Assembly (NCBI GenBank): GCA_013239625.1
Contig: MU053504.1
Span: 1,738,001 to 1,802,000 of the forward strand
Direction of reading: 5' to 3'
DNA: 64,000 bases
Origin: Lama guanicoe
Taxonomy: Eukaryota
Numbering within the stretch: the first letter of the stretch is position 1; each line of letters begins with the position of its first letter. The position numbers and the translations under genes are program-made. Below are positions 30,038 through 64,000 of this stretch, piece after piece. The notes below the pieces were generated by a model. That model was not told the DNA's origin and searched no databases. It worked only from the letters and a program-made list of their open reading frames with translations.

Positions 30038-33000
30038 GGCCCCGGCGATCAGCCGTCAGGCGGCCGCACCCCCGAGGGCACGCCCGGACTCTTCACCCGG
30101 TGCCGCGGGACCCCAACTTCAGCGTCTCACGCGGGCCGGCGGCGACACACCCCTGCGCCGCGCCTGGGTCCTAATGCCGCTCCGACGCCCCACCCCGGCC
30201 CGGCCGGCGTCCCGCCTGCAAGCCCCACGCCCTCAACCCGCGCTCCTTTTCACCTCGGACGGGGTGCTCCCTGGAGCCCGTGGCAACTTAGCCAGGACGC
30301 GTAGATCGGGCTCTTTAGGACCCGCGCGCCCGCCCAGGCGTCGCCGGGTTAGAGGGTGAGCGGGACTGCGAAGTTTCTGAGACGAAACGCGGTGGGCTCA
30401 GAGACCCCCGGAGCTGAGCACTCTGGCGGGCCAGGGGAGGGCCTCCCGGGCGTTGTCTTTAAGCTCGCGGCCGGCCCCCGCCCCCTCTTCTCGGCAGGGG
30501 GCCTCCGCAGGGCCCAGCCCTCCGGGGCCCCGCCCCCTCCATTCATCCTGGCTACTCGGGCGGTAAATCCTCCTACTCCTCCTCCAGGAAGCGCGCCCCG
30601 ACTAACTACACGGGCCCGCGCGCGTTTCCCGGGCTACGCCCTGGCCCGCGGAGCCCGCGGACCTCCCAGCTCGGCGGCGTCGGGTTTGCGCGCTGCGCGC
30701 CTCGCGGTTTCTCTCCTGGCCTCGTTGCGCCCTCGGCCTTCTCATGGGTCAAGGTCTTGGCTCGCGGCTTCTTCCCAAGATGGCCTCACCGCCGGGTTTT
30801 CCTTCCAGGACAAGAGGGAGCCCGGCCAGGGGAGGCGCCTTCTCCAGCGCCTCGTCTTCTACAAGTAGGCGGGGAGTTGGAAGTGTGGGGGTGCACGCGC
30901 GTGTTCCTGTAGGGAGGCAGTGGTGTGCGCGGCCAGGCAAATCCAGCCCATGCGATGAACCTCTAGTCTCACCCTCGGTGGCTTCTAAACAAATGATTCC
31001 ACAGCCCTCGGGCCCCGGATTGACCCAGGAACTCTCCCCACCACAGTGTTAACCCTCCATCCCCTCCACACTCTAGTCACCAGCCCGAGGATTTCCCCAT
31101 CTCACGTCCTGCTGGGATGGAGTTCTCCTCCACTGCCCCTCAGGCATGAAAGAGGGTGGGCGAAGCAAGCAGAAGTTGAGCCCACTTCTAGGGAGCAGTT
31201 GCCCCGTGGCCCCCAAGGGTTCCTGGTGCGTTGGGGGAGCCCCATGCCTAGATCGGGTGAGTGAGGCTGACCCTGTTTTCTCTGCCAGCAAGGTAAGAGC
31301 ACATGAGGAGTGAAGCAATGAGGTGCCTCTCTTAGTAGATGAAGGACCTGGGGGTCGGGACAGCCCTGAACACCCTGATCCCTACTACTGCGGGAGACCT
31401 TGCAGAAGAGACCTATGGGACTCTGACCGCGACTGACTCAGGGCTGGTGCATGCGTCTCTGGTTGGGGTGAGCCTGGCCTGGCAGGAGACACAGGATCAC
31501 CGTGGGTACCTCCTTCACTCTCCACCTTGGGACCTTCTCCAGATGCCGTTTAGCTACACACCCAACCCATGGCACAGACTTCTGCAGTCATCAGAGTGGA
31601 GGATGGAGATTTGAGGGGAAACTGAAGACAGGTGGGCCGATTGCGAGGGAGCAAAGCTGGATGTGGGAGGTGCAAGGGTTGGATCCCTGAAAAGCTGCCC
31701 ATTTTGCCCCTGCCCCTCTGATCTCAGAATGCCATGTCACTAGAGGTCCCAAACATCTGGACCTTCCAACCCAGCTGTTCCAGGAAGCCATCCTGGAATG
31801 GAGGGGCAGCCTCTCATCCCCTTACTGCAGCCTACTCTCTTTCCTGAGACCCTCACCACTGAGCTCACTGAGGAAACAGGAGCCTACAGCTGAGATCTCT
31901 CCCTGTGGTCTATGGACCTGACTCTCACAGGAACTGACACTGACCCTTTCTGACCCCTTCCCCATTGTAGCCTCCTGTGTTCTGCCCCTTCGGCTTCTGT
32001 TTCCCTGGTTGTTCTGGAGAAAGCCCCAGACCCTCGCACTCCTGCTGCCCTGTGAGAAGCTGTTTCCTTTAGTTCTCACACCACCAGCTGCCCTCTGTGG
32101 GTCAGAGGCTGAGGGCAAATACAGGTGCCCCAGGTCTTTTCCCCTTCCACTCCCATGCCCCACTGGGTCTTTACACACACAGGGGATTTAGGGACTTGAG
32201 CATCAGCACATGCGTTCCCTCCCTTGGGGTCTCAGGCTTTACTCAGACACAACCTTGAACTCTGGATTCCACAGGGCACTTAATGACTTTTTGAACTACT
32301 TTCAGCTGAGTTTTCCCCTTTTGCCACTATGCCTGTAGATTTTAGAATCCAGAGAGGTAAATCTAGTATCTCATTAAAAAACAAAAAACACAACACTCCT
32401 TTAATCTCCCTCTTCCAGCAGTTTCTCAGCTGCTTTAGAGCAAATGTCTCCAAAGAGTCGTCTCTAATCCTCTGTCCCCATGCCCTCTTCCTACCTCTCT
32501 TAGACCCATTTATACACATCTTGTCTGCGCCATTCCCCTGAAACTCATTAAGGTCCTCCTGCTTCAGCTTTCTTTCCGGCCCCCTCCCCCACTCCCTAGG
32601 AGCACCCAACACCTGATTCAGTGCCTCCTTTTTCTGGCACCATTTCCTTCTTTCCCTCTCACCTCCTCCCATCCAGCTTTCAGTGCTGGGCTGCCCCAGC
32701 TTTCCCTGGATCTGGGGCTCTCCACCAGCCACTGCTGACCACCAGGTGTCAGGACACCTGTCACCAAGCCAATGACTTCAACACGCCACAGCCTCCTTAC
32801 CCCCACCCCCCAACCTGGACGGCTAATAGGGAATTCAAGTGAGATGCAGGTAAGAGAGGGCTCCTGAGTCCACCATTCACCACCATGCACCTGGCTGCTT
32901 CAGACCTGGGAGTCACCCCAACTCACCCACATCTGATCCATGAGCAAGTATTGTTGGCTTTACCTTCACAAGAGCACAGTTCTGCCCACTTGCACCTGCA

Positions 33001-33743
33001 GTCTGGTGCATCATCTGACCTTCCAGCTTGCCCCCACCCACATCCACTCTCCACCGCCCATGGCTTCTCTAAGGTCTAAATAAATAAATAAAAGCAAACT
33101 CCCTGCTGTGGCCTAGGAGAGAAGGGGTGTGAGGTAAAGGGTGCTCTACAAGCCAGTGCCTGCCTTTTCCCCATTTTATCCCAGACCTCCTGCTCCCAGG
33201 GGAGCACTGTTGCAGCCACAGTGGCTGCCAGCTGTTCCCCCAACACAACCGGCCCTCCCCTGCCTCCAGGCCTCAATATTCTGGGTGGATGGAAGGTGTG
33301 TCCACAGCTTTTACTGTGGCTCAGGTCATCCTTCAGGTCTCAGAGAGGCCTTCCCCCGTTACACCATCTGAAGTGGGTTCCTGTTTCCTTCCGTCACAGA
33401 GCCTCGTGGCCCCTAACTGCAGCACGGCTTTCTTCATCCTTCATACTCTACTGCTTGGGCCCTGTCTCCCTGGCTAAACTGGGATCTCCCTGAGAGCAGA
33501 GCTGTGTTTTTCACCAGTGCAGCACCGGTATACTAGGTGCCCAGTAAATCCGTGACATTTTGAATGCATGACCGACACCTCCATGTACAGTTCCTGGAGG
33601 CTTTCAAGCCGTCAAGCCCTCCAGGTGACCTCTTCATCCTCCAGCCTCCACTCCCGCTTAGGTTTTCCAACCAGATTCCTGATTCCCTCTGCCTCCTTCC
33701 TCTCACCTGGACTCCTCAGATGTCACCAAGTCCTTGTATTTCT

Positions 33744-33858
33744 TTTCTTTTTTAAATTAAAGTATAGTTGATTTACAATGTTGTGTTAATTTCTGGTGAG
33801 TGTACAGCATAGTGATTCAGTTATACATATAAATGTATATATATATTCCTTTTCATCG
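33744..33858 (-). mobile_element. Severely 5'-truncated L1 insertion (3' end only)
   Basis: T-rich tail followed by aagtatagttgatttacaatgttgtgttaatttctgg...gtacagcatagtgattcagttatacat. Perfect 15-bp TSD agtccttgtatttct at 33729-33743 and 33859-33873. Confidence 0.85.
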
Positions 33859-36049
33859 AGTCCTTGTATTTCTACTTCCAGTCTGCCTGATCTCACTGCC
33901 CTCGCCATCCTTGGACACTTGGCATGCGTGGTTTCCCTCACCTTGCAGCCTTTAACTTTTCCTGGAGTCCCCTGGGTTTTACAAGCCTCTTGGGGCTCCT
34001 TGCTGCCCAGGGCGGGCAGCCTTGAGCAGCATTCCCAGCCCCTCACAGCCCTTCTCCAGCTGTGGTTGTACTGCGGCCTCACTCTTCCTGGGAGGAAAGA
34101 TGCCGTTCCTGCACTAGCCCTCCGGTGATGCTGGAGGGGACTGAGGGAGGAACAGGGCCTCCACTGGCCTTCCCTCTCTCCTGGAGGAAACCTCCAGTCC
34201 CCATGGGTTGGTGGGAGGAAGACCCCTTGGTGCTCAACTAACACAGCATGAAGCCTTCTCCCAGTTACTATCTACCCCTTCTGAGGAAGCTCCAGGCTCC
34301 TGTAAGGGCAGCCAGGAGGGCAAGGAGCCCTGTGGAGGGCCAGCAAGGACCTGCTCCCCTCAGGATGACATCCTTCTGTGGGCAACCCCACCCATACTCA
34401 CAGTCAGAATCTATTGCTCGACAGGTCTACCGGCTCTGCTCAATGATTTTATCTGACCAACAGGCTCTTGAGCAGAAAGGTTCCAGAGCTGCCCCATTGC
34501 CCTCAGGTCAGGCCCCTCTACCTTCTGAACTCGGTTCCAGTTCCACAGCCCAGCTTCTCCATCAGGAAACCCCTGGTGGACAGACACCACTAAATGCTGA
34601 CCTGCTTTTGCTCATCCTGCTCCGAGGCATCCCTACGAGGGGCCAAGAATCTGCATTCCCAGCAGAGCTGGCCCCAGACTTCCCTGCTTCATCTACTGCC
34701 CTCATGCCCCACTTCACTGGAATCTTCAGCAGCCACTTCCAGCTGGTGAGTTCAGTGGCCTGTCACCCTCCTGGCCATCCCCTCCCTCCTCGGACTTAAT
34801 GCGTACCCCGCTTCCTCCTCCTCTTTGGCTCACATTTTCACTAGTCCCCTGTGCCATGGCGATCGCTACCCAAGGTTCTGCCTTGAGCTTACCCTTTGTG
34901 GCTGACACTGCCTGCGGCCCCACTTCAGGTTGTTTTCAAATGACCGCCAGCTTCTCTGCTCCAACAGCTCCTCAAAGGGAATGGGATGAACTGAGAGGAA
35001 AAGTTAGTGGGAAGGCACAGGACAACACCCTTGGGCAAGACCTCCAGAGTGTTTGGGTCTTGGATCATTTTTATCTGTAAAACAAAGGTTGAATTTGAGT
35101 CTTTTTTTAGCTAGAAAATTCCATGAATTTTTGGTTATCAAACCATCTTTTCTCTTCCTGTTGTCCTTATTTTGCTATTATTTGTACATTCATCCAGGCA
35201 TGACATTTCAGAGTAAAGATGTAAGGTTTCTTAAAAATTAGAAGCCATGAAGGAAAAAAAAAATTAAACATCTTTACTGGTATGGGAAAAACAGAAAATG
35301 GAAATATATTCACACTTTATTTGGTTAGCTTTTAAAAAATAGATTTATAATCATTTATTAGTTTGACATAAAATTTGTTGACCCTGATGAAATTTCATTA
35401 ACCAAATTATTTTGGTCAATTTAGCAATGCAGAGGCCTGGGGAAAACAGGAATAATTTGTGGATAAACAAATTTACTTTTCTTCAGATTTTTGGAGAATG
35501 AAACAAAAAACTTTTGGACTTGTTTCAAAACCTTGGGTTTTTTTCCACTTTGGCTTTTTCCACTTCTACCTTGAAGTTATCCGCTTCGCTCTTGACTGAT
35601 TAGTCATTTTGTCTTGTCAATTGTTCCTTCAGAATCACTCTACTTGATCCACTTCTCACCCCCACCGATGTGGAGCGACACTATAGTCTACATGATCTTT
35701 TTTTTAGGGGGAAAAAAAAGATCAGACGGGCTCCCATGGAACACTGGCGTCCCTGGCTGTACCTAGGCACTGTGGAGTCTTTCCTCCTCCCCAGGGAGAC
35801 AATTACCTTAGTGGCTAGAACATTTTCATTTAAAAAATTTTCTTCTTTTGGTTAAAAGTCACTATTACTATCACCACCGCCACAACAGAACAACTGTGTT
35901 TGCTATCACTTGTACTAGAAAAGACTAGCAGAAAGCAAAGTTTTTAAATCAAGTAGGTATCTGATTTTAGTACAAAAGCTCAGAAATGGCCTGCAGGGGG
36001 GTGTGCAATGCTTGTCCAGGGGAGCAAGCCTTTCTTTGGGGGACCCAGT

Positions 36050-36400
36050 TCCCAAATGAAGTTGAGGGGCCCTCGTAAGTGTTCAGTGACACTCAGCCTG
36101 GCCAATCGGAATACTCCTGACCACTGTGCCTGATTCAGGGATGGGAATGTGACCCCAGACTTGGGGCCTGCCTCTGGAGAGGGAGGTTGGGTCTTGCCTT
36201 TAGGGTATTGGGGCTGCTGGTGGCTTACTGCCAGGAGACATTGAAGCCACTAAGGATGGAGAGAGGGCTCTAATGACATCTGAGCACCTGGGTCCAGCTG
36301 AACTTGAAGCTGGTGCCACCCTGGACTCCTCTTACAGCAACCAAGCCATTCCCTTTCCATCATGAGGTGGAAGTGGGGCTATGGTCATGTTTTCTTTGCA
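36050..36400 (+). mobile_element. ERVL LTR16-like solo LTR remnant
   Basis: ggccaatcgg...cagggatgggaatgtgacc...gagcacctgggtccagctg...cctggactc motifs recalled from the LTR16 family. Boundaries approximate. Confidence 0.45.
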
Positions 36401-37927
36401 CACGACTGTTTCCTCAATTGTATGATAGAAATGAATACATCAGCATTTCTGTGCTCCTCAGAGAAACTTGTGATTTTCAGCAGCTCCACCTTCTGCTCCA
36501 AATCACTTTGCACATGTCTGTCCCTCCAGGATTCCCTGATTCTGGGCTCTGGCTCTGTCAAGCATGCCCTCAGGTTTCAGTTCAGCAGTCTCCCTTCCTT
36601 ACTGTGGGTCCTAGTTGGGGATAGGACCCCTTTCTGATCCCCAGACTTCTTGGCCTCTAAGTCCTCCTGACCCTCGAAGAACATCCAGCCGGGGAACTTT
36701 TCTTCAGTTACGGTCTCTCCCACCTCAACAATTCTTTGGGGGTAATCCCCAGACCCTGGAGGTTTCTGGTAAGTGCAAGCACAAGAACTCCATCAAGGTT
36801 CAAGCCCTGTGAGGGGGCGGAGAAGGGCGGTTGGGGAAAGAGGTGGTAAGGAGAATGATTCAGTGCTGCTGCCAAACCCCCTTCTCCAGTTCTCTCAGCC
36901 ATCGCATGCAGTTTTGCATTTGGTTTGTACATGACTGATTCATTACATAGAGCCTCCAAACCCAAGACCATCTTCCCAAACATCTGAGGGAGGCTGCCTG
37001 TGGAGGCTGCACCCTCCTCCTTTGGCGAGCTCCGAAATCTTCCCGGTGGGGCACTTCCCTCATCTGGAGGCCGCTGTATTGAAGGTAGACAGGAGGCGGG
37101 GTCTCTGTAGATGCACTACCACTCTGCGGTGCCCTCCTAGTCAGCCCTTCCCAGAAATAGCAGAAGCCCCTCGTCCCAGCAAGGCTAGGGGATTTGAGTG
37201 GCCGGTGGGAGGAGCGAGGCCTGTGGCCCTGCCCCACCTGTGGCGGGACGCTTGCCAGCCAGCCCCAGGCTGGTCCAGCATGGGGTCCACTAGAGCTCTG
37301 GGGGCTCCAGCCAACCTCTCCCTTAGACCCTGCGGTTCCAAGGCCGCTCAACCTGGGGAGCGCCGGGAGGGGTGCTGGGATCTAACTGGGCGAGGACAGT
37401 GACTCTGCCACCCAGTGTCCTGCTCATCCTGTTTGCAAAGTGAGACCGAGTGGCCACTTTGTGGCGCTTTGGCTGGGATTAAACTGAGTTACCAGCCTGT
37501 GAAGCAACGGTTCCTGCGGCAGCCTGGCCCAGGCGGGTGCCCCACTGTCCAAGACGGGGGTGCAGGCAATGGCGGATGCAGGGACCCATGAGGGTGAGGA
37601 TGGGAGAGCTTTTCTCTGGGGCCCTGGGAGACTCTGGTGCCCACGGCCGGCTTCACTGAGCCCCTAGTTGGGATCTGGGACTCCCTGAGAGTGCCCACAC
37701 CAAGCCACAGTGGTCTCATATGAATCGTATTCTGTGCGGGCTGCTCCGGGGTCTGGGGAGGGGAGTAGAACCCCTCCTGCGGCAGCCCCAGCAAAGAGGC
37801 GTCCAAGGGAAAGCTGAAGGGAGGTCCCTCGTCCCAGGGGCAGGCACCTCCTCGACCCCCACGGACACTTTGGGACCATGTCTACAGCAACAGGCAACTA
37901 CAGGAGACCTAGCTCGTTCAGTGATAG

Positions 37928-37933
37928 TTTATT
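37928..37933 (-). terminator. Probable distal polyadenylation signal of DNAAF9 (3'UTR about 3.3 kb)
   Basis: TTTATT on the plus strand, at the sharp boundary between an AT-rich UTR-like block (37930-38350) and GC-rich intergenic DNA. Confidence 0.6.
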
Positions 37934-40900
37934 GGTCCTTTGCGTTACATCTCAGTTAACAAGGTAAATTCACATACACAACTGCAGGTAAAAACATGTA
38001 AAATAATATAAAAATAAATTGAAGGCTACTTTTATAATACTTACTGAATTAAGTAGTGTAATAAATACTATAATAAGCAAAAAGCTTCAATCACACGATT
38101 GTTTCACTGAAGTTACAGTAGTGTTTGTAAATACGAGTTTTAAATTTAAGTTACAAATATGAAAGCACTGAAAAACTAGTATAAAAGTGAATTTTGGCAC
38201 GTAAGTGAGCTCTTCTGTCATTAGTGTTTGACAACCTGGGAATGAGGAAGCCATTTCTCACCTACTTTTTTGAGGTACAACTATCCATCTAGGTCAGCAA
38301 CGTGGCTGCAATACTTAATAGTTTACAATCTTTGAGTTAACTTTTCCCTTTTGAGGAGCCCAAAGGGCAAACCCAGAGCTTATTACTGTGCAAAAATTCT
38401 CTGAAATCCTAACAGAATTTAGGAGGGAACTTCTTGTGACCCACAGGACCTAGTGGCCAGAGTCCCCAGGACTCTGTGGGGCCGACTCCACTCCTTGCCA
38501 GCAGCCCCCTCCTAGGGTGATCCCTTTTCTCCAATTTCTGCCTCCTCCTTCCAATCAAGAAACGAAAAATCCCACATCAAAACATAAAATAACCCATAAC
38601 TTCAGCGACTTCAACATTATCACACTCACTCTGGGTGATATAAAACTGAAGCTGCTAAAAGGAAAAGTTGGCAAAAAGCATGTGTGCCCCTGGAGGACTT
38701 CTGCCTGTCCCTAGGAACCAGGTGTCTTTGCTGGATCCCTGATATCCACTTCTAAGGTCAAAATCTAAAACACAGTGTCATGGCCCTTCCTCTAGAGACA
38801 GCCCAAGACTTACCCTTCCATCTGGAGCACCCAGAGAAATCAAGTGGATATTAAACTTCACAGTCAGAACCCAGAGGCCCCGAAGGTTCCAGAAGAGGCA
38901 GTGCGGAGAGGAGGCATCCTCCCGGCCTCAGTCCTCAAAGAGCTCACACAGTGCACTACTAGTGTGCCTCTTCACCAGGAGCACAGCAAGTGTGCCCCAA
39001 GGAATGCCCTTTCGCCAGTGTGCCCTTCACACTCCCGAGCAGGCTGAGGAGTGTCTATGCAGGCCCCAGCCAGTTTTGCCTTTTTGGCTTTGAGACTTAA
39101 CGTTTTGACTTTTTTCAATCACAGTTTCATATTCAAGTTGAGGTAATCACAGTTTCCCCTCTAACAGGAGAGGAATTGGGACAGTGGGGCAAGTTGGTGA
39201 GAGAGCATTTCTATGGATAATGGTCAGAAACCAAGACCACCACGAGGTATAGCCCCACGCAGTGTTTAAGACCCGCTTTTATGGGCGGGCTCCGACCCCT
39301 CTTTAAAAACTCTTTGTGCAGCAGCCAGGAAATGGCTCGAGCTCCTAGAAAGAGAGCTTTCATTTAAAAGTTCACAGCAGCCCACCTGGAGGAGATGGCC
39401 TGTGGTTCCCCCCACCCTACCCACCCACCCCACCTCTCCCTTTCCTGAGGCTGCTCAAGTTTGAGTTTTTAAAAAGAGCTCGGTAGAGCTAAAAGAAGCT
39501 ACAGTAACTCATTGCTTATCTCATCAATTGCACTTAAGATCTATGTTATTGACTCTGAAGCAGAGGCGGGCCCATCGTGGACCCCAGCCTCTGGCCAGCC
39601 AGAAGTGAGCGGCTCCCAGACTTGGGCTCCACACCTGGGCCCTTGTCACCAGCTTTGGGAGCTGGGACTGGAGCACATGGGCTTTTTCAGAAGCCTTTCC
39701 TCATGCAAGATTTCTTATTCAATGGTATTTGGAGTTTTGTTCACTACACTTCAAATGCAATTTTTCCCTAATACAAGTACATTTTACTGACAAGCCCTTA
39801 ATAACTGCTTTACTACTTGCATTCAGGCGTCTGTGACAGACCACATGTGCTCCATCCTTTTTCTGTCTCTCCTCTGTGCCAGGGGCCTTTCTTAAAAACC
39901 CCTCTACAATACTAGAAACTTTGCTGGTTTTGCCTATGTGCTTCTTCCTAAGGCATGCAAAAAAAAAAAAAGTGAAATTCAGAAAGCATTTACAATCTAG
40001 GCAGCTGAGGCGCTGAAGTCCTAACAGACACCACCCAAGTATCAGTGCCTGTGACCTCCCCCTCCCCCACACTAATTCTGAAGGTCAGACATGGGATGTG
40101 CTTGTAATTCCTCTCTGATTTTTAGTCCAGCTGGAAACAAAGACTATTAGAGGGAATTCTAACTTGAATACTGGAATTCTTTGACAGTCTTGGTCCTCAG
40201 GAGACAAACAAGTCCAGGGCTAGTCACAATGCTTAGGGACATGAGTTTCCTGAAGTTTGTGGCTGAAAACCAGGCTTTCCCTGGTAAGACTAGGGGAGGG
40301 ATCGGTGCAGACTGAACTTCCTTCAAGGATGCCCCCCATAAGCGATCAGAACCCTGGGCCTAAGACTAAGCAGTTGCAAGACACTGCCCTCAACAGTGAG
40401 GCAAAGCATCGCCTGGGATACCTGAGCAGCAGTTTTGTTCTTGATTTAGGCGATGAGTGATGCCATCAGGGGAGCTCAAAACCAAACCCAAGAGGAACTG
40501 CTTATGTCAATTCAAAAGTCACACACTTCTGAAAAGCAACATGTCTCTCCCTTCAGTTTAGTCTATAAGGGAAATTCACTTCTTTTATAACAAGCTATTC
40601 AAGATCTCAGCCCAGGTTTCTGGCTCTGTGGGTTGGGACTGGCCAGGGCTTGTACTGTTCCCCCTAGGACTGGGCCCTGGGCCAGCAAGGCCGGAGCCTT
40701 CAATGGAAGGGGCCTAAGTAGGGAGGCAGGCGCTCCACTGGGGTGGAGGGCTCTCCTGGGGCAGTGTCTGAGGCCTGAGGACTGTGGTGGCCTGGCCCCC
40801 CAGGCATGGCCACAGTTTGGGCAGCCAGGATTCTTTCTGTGTCCCAGCAGCTCCTCTGTGTGATCCAAATGCTTCTCCCCACCCTCACACAGTGCTGCAA

Positions 40901-41187
40901 CAGCCCAAAGGAAACACTGTTATCAGAGACCTAGCGGTCTAGCTGCACACAAAGCGCAGTCCCGGTACGCTCCTCCTCCATGAGGACCCCCTTCCCTGTC
41001 ACATCAGTGGTGCAGGTGATGCTCTTCAGCGCTGAACAGAGAATAAAGACAACATGCACTCAAGCCAGCACACAAAGGCCAAGGAGAACAAAGACAGCCT
41101 CTCCAGGGAGGGGTGTCTGGGAAAGCTGAGGTTAAGACATCCCACTTCTAAACGTCCATCTCAGGGTAGACACTCTGCAGCCTTCCT

Positions 41188-63804
<22,617 letters not shown>

Positions 63805-64000
63805 TTACTGCTTGGGGCTATAGAGCAGGGGAAGAAGGCAGTGCTTGCTGAGCGGCTGAGTGAGCAAGGGTGGAACGAAACCAAAACAGGGAGCCTGCAA
63901 CTGGATTCCTTGGGGTCACCCCACTTCATGACTTGGAGCCCCTGGAGTTCACCATGTTTCTGTATTCTGAGCCCCATGAGACCTAACTGGGCAAGACTGA

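Noticed and set aside
31000..37900. Possible hidden gene or novel element between SLC4A11 and DNAAF9
   Set aside because: I saw only degenerate repeats, short random ORFs and an AT-rich patch (about 35050-35650), and no coherent exon chain or RNA-gene signature. A lncRNA or enhancer cannot be excluded without expression data.

Overview
Mammalian euchromatic DNA, most likely camelid (inferred from Vic-1-like tRNA-derived SINEs). It is syntenic with the human 20p13 block DDRGK1(-) / ITPA(+) / SLC4A11(-) / DNAAF9 (C20orf194)(-). Reading splice sites by hand gives the first 4 coding exons of DDRGK1, a complete 8-exon ITPA (209 aa), a complete 20-coding-exon SLC4A11 (870 aa) and the last 10 exons of DNAAF9, all with consistent phases. 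The rest is three CpG-island promoters and repeats (SINE, L1, L2, MIR, Tigger, MER3/MER5, LTR remnants). Most ORFs in the six-frame track are spurious. I found no convincing previously undescribed biological system. The most notable items are a U12-type (minor spliceosome) terminal intron in DNAAF9, two GC-AG introns, a SINE with permuted module order inside one target-site duplication, an open SLC4A11-B-like alternative N-terminus and a C-terminally extended ITPA. Repeat family names and comparisons to human proteins come from memory, not from database searches.
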